Shown here: in pieces, positions 36,111 through 47,140 of the stretch
Layout: each line of letters begins with the position of its first letter
Numbering within the stretch: the stretch's first letter is position 1
Assembly: GCA_012026655.1 (NCBI GenBank)
Contig: JAAILG010001453.1
Span: 1 to 64,000, forward strand
Length of the DNA: 64,000 nucleotides
Source of the DNA: Hydrolagus affinis
Lineage: Eukaryota
Direction of reading: 5' to 3'
Notes under the pieces: model-generated
What the model was told of the DNA's origin: nothing
The model's input: the letters and a program-made list of their open reading frames with translations, nothing else
Database searches by the model: none
Made by a program: the position numbers and the translations under genes

Positions 36111-36360
36111 CAACAATAAAATTACATTTATAGAGCGCCTTTCACGTCGGGAGGACGTCCCAAGACGCTGAACATTCAGGTCAGGACCCGAGCGAGGGAG
36201 AGGGGCCAAGGTAGGGTGGGGTGGGAGTGGCGGGCAGAGAGTTGGGAGGGGAGGTGAAAGAGTTGGGAGGGCAGCAGAAGGCACGGTCGAAGAGGAGGGT
36301 CCTGAGACCGGCCTTGAAGGAGGCGAGGGAGGGAGTGAGGTGAAGGGACTGTGGGAGCTC
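36111..36360 (-). mobile_element. L2 LINE 3' fragment
   Basis: Minus-strand translation LPQSLHLTPSLASFKAGLRTLLFDRAF, and tail cttgggacgtcctcccgacgtgaaaggcgctctataaat. Confidence 0.88.
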
Positions 36361-36734
36361 ACTCGTAGCAAAATCAGACTCCATTCCCGATTGGATGGCA
36401 TCCATTTCTTGCTTGTAAACTGAATCCACATCAGCAATCACCCTTCCCCTCACCCAACACACACTCTCCCTGCTCCTCCTTGAGTTTTAGTGTTATAGTC
36501 CTGCTGGATGACCCGCTATAAGGCCACAACTTCACAGAAACGAGACACGAGCAATCGTGGAATTCAAACACTGGCAATTGAGGAATGGAAGACTTTATAT
36601 AATCTTGGAAGATGTAAATTCTGTTGGGGCATTCAATAACTCAGGCAGCAAAATTGTTTGAGGTTATCATTGCGATGAAACGCATCTCGGGTTTGAATTG
36701 CTACCCCAGTCTTTAGCTGAATAATGCAATTCTA

Positions 36735-37008
36735 TCTTTGCATTTGATATAGCACTTTTCACGTCTTCTAGACTGTGTGTTTGTGGGCAAAACGTGGTAG
36801 CCAATTGCACACAGCAGCGTCCCCCCAAACAGTCGTGGATTGAAATGACCAATTTTATTATTGTGTTTTTGTATTTGAGGGATTATTAACAGGTGTGTGT
36901 GTGTGGAGTAAGGAAACTTGCCCAAGGTTTTGCCCCTGACCTGCCTGGATTCAAAACACAGGTCTTGCGCTTGAAAGCCTAGTGAGTGCTCTAACCACTG
37001 AGCCACAG
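36735..37008 (-). mobile_element. SINE with internal deletion
   Basis: Reverse family consensus. Confidence 0.88.
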
Positions 37009-37869
37009 ATATGAACCATTTAAAACCCCCAGAAATTAGGGAATATTCCTACGTTTACGCAATCGAGTGCGTTTGTGGCGGCTGCCGTTTGGAGTGCGGT
37101 TCAAGCTGTTCTCCGGGTGTCCCTCCCTGAGACTTTGGAGACGACACTCAAGTCTTTCATGTTCCAATGACCATATTGCTGCAAGTGCTCAGTGGGACGA
37201 GATGAAATCTTTTACATATAAAAGCGTAATTGCATCAATCCTTTTGTTTCTCTTTGTGCCTTGTGCGGTACATTATTGCAACCAAATTTAGTTTTCAGAG
37301 GCAACAGTGGACTTCTTCCCCTGCGCAGCCTCCCAGCCTTGGCTCCGTAAGTCTCTGCTTGGTAAATACAAACCTTATGCTCTCTCCTTGCCCACAATCA
37401 ATCAAGCTGTAAATTCTTAAGACGAAAAAAAATAATCAACGTGTGTGGCATGTGTGCGCGCGCGGGTGGAAAGGCACAGGCAGGCTACGAACGAACACGA
37501 CCCTCGTTCGTCGCTAAACTAAACGCTCACTGACGAAGTTGAGCTTAGCTGGTGCCAGTCAATGCCCCTCCGACTGAAGTTTTGCGGTGTTTTCTTTGTC
37601 GCCCACCGAAAACCTCGAGTGTTTAGGATACAAACCGAAGGCAGAGCCAAATGCGATGTGACTCACGCACCTTGAAACAATAGTCAGGTTTCCCCTCAAG
37701 GCTCAGGCATGCTCGAACATACCACCAAAAGACTTGTAAAAGGTCATATGGTTTGCAATTACTAACATTGCTTCAGCATAAAACACTGTGTTCCTTGTGG
37801 GCATTTTACTCCGTCCTCCCCGAGATGTTTAATAGATGACGTGCTAATCATCAAAAAATTGCTATCGGC

Positions 37870-38380
37870 TCATCTCAGTCAATAGCCCTCCCACCTCTAA
37901 GTCAAATCCCATTGTGGGACATTGAACTCACAGTCAGTCAATGCTGACACTCCAATGTAGTGCTGGAGGGAGGGTTGCATTTTTGGAGGCATGGACCTTT
38001 GGATGAGATGTGATACTGGGATCCTGTTTACCTGTGCAGGCGGACATTAATATAATAAGAATATTCCTTGCATTTGATATAGCGGTTTTCACATCTTCTA
38101 GACTTCTAGTCTCAAGCGATTCACAGAATATACTGTAAAGTGAATTGACTGTATATTTGGGGGTGAAACGCGGCAGCCAATTGCGCACAGCAGCGTCCCC
38201 CACAAACAGCCGTGGATTGAGTGACCAAATTATTATAGGTTTGTTTTGGACTGATTATTATCAAGCATTTTATGCATTTGTAAGGAAATTGCCCAAGGTT
38301 TCGCCCTGACCTGTCTGGATTCGAAACGCAGGTCTCACGCTTGGAAGGCGAGTGCTCTAACCACTGAGCTACAGGAGCTC
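37870..38380. mobile_element. Old Deu-SINE (plus, 37870-38050) adjacent to a full-length dominant SINE (minus, 38060-38380)
   Basis: gctgacactccaatgtagtgctggaggg...ttggatgagatg, followed by the reverse family consensus. Confidence 0.8.
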
Positions 38381-39509
38381 CTTTAAAGATCCCATTGTAA
38401 AATTGCTCATTCACTTCCTGGCTGTTTGTTGGACATTGCCATGCGTATGCAAGGATTATTAATTAACGGAACTTCCGATTGACTGAGACTCACTTTCATC
38501 CGAAACAGTAACACAACCTCGTAGCATTCTATCATCCTATTTCACAACCGTCTCTCCGTGAGGCCGGGTGGATCTTGCATTTGATATAGCGCTTTTCACA
38601 TCTTCTAGACGTCTCAAAGCGCTTCACAGGATATACTGTAAAGTGAATTGACTGTATATTTGTGGGTGAAACGCGACAGCCGAGATCACGTCTTCACATT
38701 ATCTCTGATGCACATCAAGTTCATGTCCAAACCCAGGGCTGATTTCCCCCCTTTTCTCCCCAAAGAAAAACAAATTTACATTCTCGGCACTCTATTTTAA
38801 AGCTCGTGATTCCAACTGCGATAAGGCTGATTGCGATAAAACAAGTTTGTCCCGTATGACAGATTGTCGTGGGAACACCTGTGTTTTCAAAACCAGCCAC
38901 AGAAGCTTCTCAAATAGTCCCGTCGGTTTCAGCTGTCAGCTCAGGAACTCTCCATTATCGTGACACCTTTGCAGTGTTAGACCGACATCTGAGATACAAT
39001 CTGTAAATCGACAAGCAGTTCGGTTAAGAGAGGCGTTGCCGCTTTAAGCGCTCTGGGACGCTATCCCGTGTGAAGGGCGCTATATGAATGCAAGTTGTTG
39101 TTGTTGTTCAGCTCCTCGGGATGTCCTCCCGATGTGAAAGGCGCTCTATAAATATAATATTGTTGCTGTTGTTGTTGCTGCTGCTTTACTTGCTAAACCT
39201 TGCCCTTGTTACGATTCGTACTTTTCAAGATACTTTCACAGACAGAAAGTTTTACTCATAAATTGTGCCCGCAGTAATATTTACCATCGACTAGTCAATC
39301 ACATAGTTAATAGCCAGGCTGTGTCTGTTCAATATTGTGAACACCCACACTTACTTCTATTTTACATCTAATCTCTAACTATCTGTGTGCTTGTAACGGC
39401 GAGATACAGCAGGCGGGCAGTTCCACGGAGGATTAACAACAACAAGTTATATTTGTGAAGCGCCTTTCACGTCCCAAGACGTGGGGCTCTGGCCCCGAGC
39501 TGGTGGTTA

Positions 39510-39755
39510 ATAATAACAATAATAATCCTTGCATTCAATGCAGCACTTTTCATGTCTTCTAGACGTCTCAAAGAGCTTCACAGAATATACTGTAAAGTGA
39601 ATTGAGTGTATATTTATGGTAGAAATGCGGCAGCCAATTGCGCACACAGGAGTAAGGAAACCTGCTTAAGATTTCGCCCTGACCTGACTGGATTCGAAAC
39701 ACAGGTCTCACGCTTGTAAGGCGAGTGCTCTAACCGCTGAGCTGCAGGGCTCCAC
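39510..39755 (-). mobile_element. SINE with central deletion
   Basis: Tail and head present; gccaattgcgcacac is joined directly to ggagtaaggaaac. Confidence 0.85.
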
Positions 39756-40164
39756 AATTGGGATCAGGAAGGCTGGAGGGTGGGGACGGTAGGGGTAGGA
39801 GAGTGGCCTAAAGCGAGATTGGAACGGATTCCTGTCTGTCGAGTGGCGTCTCGGCACATTTTGAGTTTGACGGTGTGCACATGTGGCAGGTGCAAACCAA
39901 TTCTGGCAATCCGTGCAAGTCCTGGGTGATCCGAACGGACGAATATTTAACGCTCGCACAATCTGCTCTTACAAAACAAACAGCCAACTGGAAACTTTTA
40001 TGAATATTCAGAACACAGGAGGCACAAATTAGACTTCCCACCCAAACACCAACCGCTACGTTGCTGGAAGCAATATAAATGAGGCCGTTCACGAGTTTTA
40101 TAACCAATACCTCACAGAGTGGCTTAGCCGACCCACTGGAGATTCTAATATTGCAACTTACAAT

Positions 40165-40490
40165 AATAATCCTTGCGTTTGATTATAGCGCTTCCCTCCC
40201 TCACCTCCTTCAAGGCCGGTCTCAAGACCTTCCTCTTCGACCGTGCCTTCTGCTGCCCTCCCAACTCTCTCCCCTCCCCTCCTAACTCTCTCCCGCCACT
40301 CCCCCACCTACCCTGGCCCTCTCCCTTGCTGCTCCCTAGCAGTGTTGTCCCCACAAACAGTCGTGGATTGAAAATGAACAATTTTTATTACTGCCTTGTT
40401 TTGTTTGGACGGATTTATTATTAGGCGTGTGGAGTAAAGGAAATTTGCCCAAGGTTTCGCCCTGGTTCTGCCTGGATTCGAAACGCAGGA
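40165..40490 (-). mobile_element. SINE interrupted by an opposite-strand L2 fragment (~40192-40336)
   Basis: SINE tail, then ccctcacctccttcaaggccggtctcaagaccttcctcttcgaccgtgcc (L2), then the SINE resumes. Confidence 0.82.
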
Positions 40491-41073
40491 CAAATCAAAT
40501 TCTGGACAGCGTTAGGTTACTGACCTGCGCCAACCAGAGAGATATTTACTGTTAAAATAAGGCCTTTCGGATTTCTTGTCAATGTTTAAGAAGCCAAATC
40601 CTTCTTAAAATCTGCGACCGATGTACTTAAGTGTTCACTTTACTGCGCTAAACGTAGCTCTGAAGTCCTCCTGATTGATCAGTGTAAAATGGGTTTCATT
40701 GATAAGTTAGATGCCGGAATATCAGCCAGACCACAAGAAATTCTTAGTCCTTGTGTCATCAGTAGATTTGTTCAGATAAATGCTGGGAGGGAGGGATGGG
40801 TGGTTAAGTGCGTAATTGAGTATAGGATCCACATCACACACAAGACACCTGCAGCTCCCCCAAAATCACCAGACTAATGCAATTGCAAGATTAGTTCAGT
40901 CAGAAAGACAATGTGAATAACCTTGTCCCATCTGTGAGCCAGTGACACACAATTAATCAAGTTTCAAGATTTGCATTCACTCGTGTGAGAAGTAGCTCGG
41001 TAACATGATTTGACTAATGGATGCCATGAATTAGACTAAAAAGAATGAAACAGTAATTATTTCGTGAGCAAAG

Positions 41074-41108
<35 letters not shown>

Positions 41109-42379
41109 GTCTCTACGGGAGAGATTCTCATAATACACTCAGCGTTTGAGACTGGAAAGACATGTAACTCAAAAAACAACTCCACTGCCCTCCCATATAC
41201 GCTCAATCTGTCAATACTTAACTCTAACAGCTGCAAAGCCGACATAACACATTCAGCTATTTTACGGTGTGCAAAGTACAATTGGAAAATGATACAAACT
41301 TGACTCATAAGTGCACAGGGAGGCAGGGCGCAATAAAAAAAAAGTCATTCAGCCCTTCAAGCTTGTTCCATGTACAGATCATCTACCCACTTATTCGCGT
41401 TGGCCAAGTTTCCTTACTCCACGCGCTCCTCTGTTTACCCAGGAGTGAGCAGGAACCCGTTTGTTAATGGATTGCTTTTCCAGGGGCGTAATAATTCCTT
41501 CAAAAGACCAACTTTATAATGATTTGGTCACTCAATCCACGACTGTCTGCAATAAAATAAGCTTGCAATTCTAATTGAGTCTCGGAGCAACTTGCATTTC
41601 GAATAATTTTTGCTGACCTAATTTTTGCACAACTTGGAACTAGTTTTCCTCTGGTCAGCTCTATGTCTCCATCGGGTGGAAGAAGGTTAAAATTGCAGCG
41701 GTGCTCTTGAGTATTTAGGTCACTTTCCTTCCTTCCCTTTCCGTTGGCTGTCGATCTCGCAGCGCAAGCTCTTTCTGTCACACAGGGAAGGTTTTTCAGT
41801 CAAAGCCTTAAAGCGATCGTATGAAGCCGTACAGAAAATACTCAATTGCCGCAGACATTCACGGGGAAACGGTTTGGTGTCACCTGTATTTGATTTTTGT
41901 TAAAAAAAATTTGGTCTCTCAATTCACGACTATTTACGGGGTGGAGTGGGTGGTGAGAACACTACTATTATTATTATGTCTAGTGCAATTCTCGTTGAGA
42001 GTACAGCTTCTAGGACTGACTGCCATGAATTCAGCTTCTCAGAATGTGCTGTGAATCCCTCTCGATGTGAGCTTGACAACATTTCCGTGCCTTTGATCCA
42101 CCGTAAATTATTCTTTTGCCAACCAATAGAAACAGGGTGGGTTGCGGAGGGGGGGGAGCGGGCTGTGGAAATGTTATTCTACTTTGAGCAGAACGGTGGA
42201 AGAACGTCCCAAATGGTGACTTTCAACTCGTTATATCCGCCTTTCCACAGCTGTCCAACACACTACCTTGTCATGTCCTTCACACCCACCTGCTCAATCC
42301 CCTGAGGAAACGTGTACAGATGTTCTATGTTTCCTAAAAGGAAAAAAAATAATCTCCAGGATATTCATCCACCCCCATC

Positions 42380-42440
42380 TTACAAGTGTGAGACCTGTGT
42401 TCGAATCCAGGCAGGTCAGGGCGAAACCCTGGGCAAGTTT

Positions 42441-42482
<42 letters not shown>

Positions 42483-42685
42483 CTAATAATAATCCTTCAA
42501 AACAAAATTGGTCATTTCAATCCACGGCTGTTTGTGGGGGACGCTGCTGTGTGCAAATTGGCTGCCGCATTTCGCCCACAAATATACAGTCAATTCACTT
42601 TACAGTATATTCTGTGAAGCGCTTTGAGACGTTTAGAAGACGTGAAAAGCGCTAGATCAAATTCAAGCATTATTATTATATTATA
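42380..42685 (+). mobile_element. SINE with internal (CA)n
   Basis: Family consensus. Confidence 0.9.
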
Positions 42686-43496
42686 TCCAACCCCACATTT
42701 GCCTGTGTCCCTGCCTCCTTAGACAATCTTTCTCCTCCTCGCTGCTGAGCAATCCTTTAAACTAATTCCCATTTTGTGTTTGTATCGCTATGATAGCTAT
42801 TCATATCCTAACTGTGCCCCACTTTAGATCCTTTACAGATATTGGGGTCTGTAATTTGCGGTTCGGTATAACAGCTACAGGAAAAATTTGCAGGTCAGGT
42901 TAACCGTCTATCAGCTGCTAAGCAACCCTCAAACTAAGCTCTTGCCGCCTGAACCCTTTCATTAGTTTCTAGCCCTGGTATTTCATTCCCCAGGTATCTA
43001 TTATTACACAGTTCTGGCCATGACATGACATTGCCATCACCTGCTTTGTATTACAGCCAGCAATTCATTATAGATGGCGCTTTCAGAGTAACAATGGAGC
43101 CAGCATCAGATACAGGCCCCATGCGTTTGTCCTATGTATTAGGAGAACACAGGAACCCTGTTTAAAGTCTAAATCAATGTGAGATGCAGAAGGCATCCTT
43201 TGGCTTTCACTTCGATGCTCTCTCTGACGGCTGTTTTGGAGGATAGTACTGTAATTGTGCTGAAATGAGACACCTATGATGATTCTTCCGTAAAATCTGT
43301 TTCGTATGCTCGGCTCGGTGAGGCGCAGAAGTGGGATTTTATCGCCTTGTATCCTTCTCTAAAATTGGAGTCAATAGTTCTCAAGCAGACGGCTCTACAG
43401 GTGTCATCTGTGTCACGCTGGCATCGAATCGCAGAAAACACATTTCCATGTAGGTAAGTGATTCGATCAGTGTTTTGTTGCTGTGGTCCATAAATT

Positions 43497-43838
43497 TGTG
43501 GAGTCCTCGTTAGCTCAGTGGTTAGAGCACTCGCCTTACAAGCGTGAGACCTGTGTTTGAATCCAGGCAGGTCAGGGCGAAACCTTGAACAAGTTTCCTT
43601 ATTCCACACGCCTAATAATAATACAGTACCTCCGAAAAAAAACACAATGCAGTAATAAAATTGGCCATTTCAATCCACGACTGTTTGTGGGGGACGCTGC
43701 TGTGTGCAATTGGCTGCCACGTTTCGCCCACAAATATACAGTCAATTCACTCTACAGTATATTCGTGAAGCGCTTTCAGACGTCTAGAAGATGTGAAAAG
43801 CGCTATATCAAATGCAGGGATTATTATTATTATTATTA
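43497..43838 (+). mobile_element. Full-length SINE
   Basis: Family consensus. Confidence 0.92.
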
Positions 43839-45059
43839 ATTGTGTTACTGTTCATCGCTGCATAACTGTTGCCTGATAGTCAAAGCCGAGCAGTAATCTG
43901 ATCACCACCCCCCCACCCACCCACCCACCTACCTGCAGTAGTATAATAAAGCATGTAACTGGCCTGGCAACAGGTAATAAATAATACATCCTTCACAATG
44001 TTGCGCTGAGTTGAGATTATTTAATAGCAAAAGCGTTTTGCCCAACAACAGAAATTCATCAGGACCCTCTGCGTTGGCGAATGCGCAGCTGCTTATTATC
44101 AAACAGAACAGACCTTTAAAGGCCTGCCTGTGATTGACACGGCGGCTAATCCAAACAAATTGCTGACTCACATGATGGTTTGGTCCCAGACAGTGTGGGT
44201 TGGTGGCCACCAAGTTTGGTGAGGTCCTAGAAGAGAATCCACCACCCAACGCTGCACACCCTTTTTTTTATTTCGTTGTCTCAGAATCCGTAACGATTCT
44301 CATACGAAAAATGCCAAAGTAACTATTCTGTTTAATTCAGCAAGTCAGCGTTGTTTAACTCACTAACAGGATGTACAGTCGTCTCCTGCTTGGTCTCAGC
44401 TTTACGCTCCGGGTTAATGGTTGCATGAAACATCTGTTGCCCAAAAAGCCTCAGCTTTATTCTCGAACTCTAAATATTTACTTGACCGATGCCTTTATGT
44501 TTTATATAGGAAATGGAAAGGGGGGAAAATGGGCTTCTTTGATAGAAACTCAAAACCATACAGGTTAGCTGTTTCACTGTTTTATTTTGTGTGGTGCAAT
44601 TGCCTACATTACACAGGAAAGGAGAGGAGGGGAGTGCCTTAAATTAATCCAGCAGAGAGGCGCAATGCAGCTCAGAAATACTGCTGCCATAACTCTTAAC
44701 TTAAAGGCTTGTCTCGGTTGTTTTAAAACGCTCTTGGGAATTTCCCCTGACCTTTTTTATTCCTATATTGGGAGCAGCAGGATATTGAATTGTACTTAAC
44801 TTATCATTTTTTACAAGCCCTGGCCTCAGAGAACCACATACGACAAGAAAAAATAGAGCTGGTGGCTGCTCTGTGTCTGTGACCTTTTCTAAGGTGTCAG
44901 GCACTTTGTCGAGAAGGAGCGTGATTTAAATACCACGTTAGTGTATTTTGGTGGCAATTTCTCATGGAATGTAAGTAAGTGTGTTCGGAAGGTACTCTCG
45001 TCTGGTCTGACGAGCAGACTATCATCAGCTAGCCCTCGCCTTGTGTTTTTAAATGGAGC

Positions 45060-45437
45060 GGAGTCCTGTAGCTCAGTGGTTAGAGCACTCACCTTATACA
45101 AGCGTAGGACTTGTGTTCGAATCCAGGCAGGTCAGGGCGAAACCTTGGGCAAGTTTCGTTACTCCACACACACGTCTAATAATAATCCCTCCAAAAAAAC
45201 CATAATAATAAAATTGGTTGACATGTTGTGTCCCCATCTATACACTGAATATATACTTACTCCATTTTCAATCCACGACTGTTGTGGGGACACCGCTGTG
45301 TGCAATTGGCTGCCGCGTTTCGTCCACAAAATATACAGTCAATTCACTTTACAGTATATTCTGTGAAGAGCTTTGAGACGTCTAGAAGACGTGAAAAGCG
45401 CCGTATCAAATTCAAGCATTATTATTATTATTATTAT
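45060..45437 (+). mobile_element. Full-length SINE with a 44-nt insertion
   Basis: Family consensus interrupted at 45219-45262. Confidence 0.9.
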
Positions 45438-45729
45438 AAATGATTATAATCATTAGCCACATAAAAGTAGCATTTCGTCTCCAAATGAGCTGCTTTCTGC
45501 TCATCTATCTAAGCCGTGGAAAAGATAAATTTTCCTCTCCGAGTATCCTTCCGCCTGATTTTCCCGTTGCTTGTTTGCAGACAAAAGAATACAGAACCAA
45601 TCTCCGCGTGTTGTCTAAAAAATGATGCTGCTTGTTCTGAACAATAGAACCAGAGGACACGGCCTGCGATTGAAGGGTGGTGGGAGGGGATTCAGAACAA
45701 ATCTGTGTAAACACTACTTCGATGAGTAA

Positions 45730-46025
45730 TGTGGAGCTCCTGTAGCTTAATGGTTAGAGCACTCGCCTTACAAGGCAGATCAGGGCGAAACCTTGGACAA
45801 GTTTACTTACTCCACATGCCTAATAATAATCCCTCCCAAAAAAACACACACAATACTAACATTGGTCATTTTCAATCCACGACTGTTTGCTGTGCGCAAT
45901 TGGCTGCTGCGTTTTGCCCACAAAATATACAGTCAATTCACTTGACAATGTATTCCGTGAAGTGCTTTGAGACGTCGATAAGATGTGAAAAGCGCTATAT
46001 CAAATGCAAGGATTATTATTATTCT
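45730..46025 (+). mobile_element. SINE with small deletions
   Basis: Family consensus. Confidence 0.9.
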
Positions 46026-46799
46026 TATAAGGTAGTAAACCTATGCAATAGGTTTCACTTGAGAGATAGACTGTGGAAGCAAAAAGTATTGTTGTTTCAG
46101 GAACGAATTATGTAAGATTTCTGTTAGGAAATAATATCTTGGGGGTGCGGGGGCAAGGGGGGTTCAGTATACAGTATATAGATGGGGACACATGATGTGG
46201 AAGGAGAACTGGATGGACTTCTTTTGCCTGGCAAATTCTAACAAGTTCTTATGATCTCGCCACACTGATTTGGGCAGAATTTGCTGCAAAATCCTACCAC
46301 TGAGCAATGGGCTCACAGGGCGTACTTAGTTGATTTCAACAGCCTTTCCGGTAAGGACGTACATTCAACAGATGCTCGTTGAAAACTCCCAAGCCACTCC
46401 ACATAAAATCTCCCGCTGTGTAGCCACTTAGAATTCCAACTGAGGCCGGAATTCATTCAGCAGTGTTATTGAAACTCGGATCATCTCTGACAACAGATAC
46501 CGTCAGGAAGATTTCTCTCACAAGAAATCTGACAGGAGCTCGCGCACGGAATCAGAGGCAAAGACTTGAGCCGTTCGGTTCAGATGTGTTTGGATAATGA
46601 ACCGCGTTTGAAGCTCTTTGGATGGTTATATATTTTGTGTGTTTTTTTTTAAAACAGTTGCGAAGCAAGGTTAATTATTCGGCAAGGAACAAATGACAAA
46701 CTTCCGTTAAAGTCGCGAGGGTTAGACGGATGATTTTCCTTCACCACCTGAATCTTTTTTTCTTCGTTCTTTATTCCAGCTGTAAGCGGGCCTCAAGTG

Positions 46800-47140
46800 A
46801 TAATAATAATAATACTTGTATTTGATATAGCACTTTTCATGTCTTATCGACGTCTCAAAGCGCTTCACGGAATATACTGTAAAGTGAATTGACTGTATAT
46901 TTGTGGGTGAAACGCAGCTGCCAATTGCGCACAGCAGCGTCCCCCACAAACAGTCGTGGATTGAAATGGCCAATTTTATTATTGTGTTTTTTTTGGGAGG
47001 GATTATTATTATACGCGCGCGCGTGTGTGTGTGTGTGTGTGTGGAGTAAGGAAACTTGCCCAAGATTTCGCCCTGACCTGCCTGGATTCAAACACACGTC
47101 TCTCACCCTTGTAAGGTGAGCGCTCTAACCACTGAGCTAC
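46800..47140 (-). mobile_element. Full-length SINE
   Basis: Reverse family consensus with (TG)n. Confidence 0.92.

Noticed and set aside
43068-43081. Second CTCF site (ttatagatggcgct)
   Set aside because: The 5' CCAS part of the core is missing
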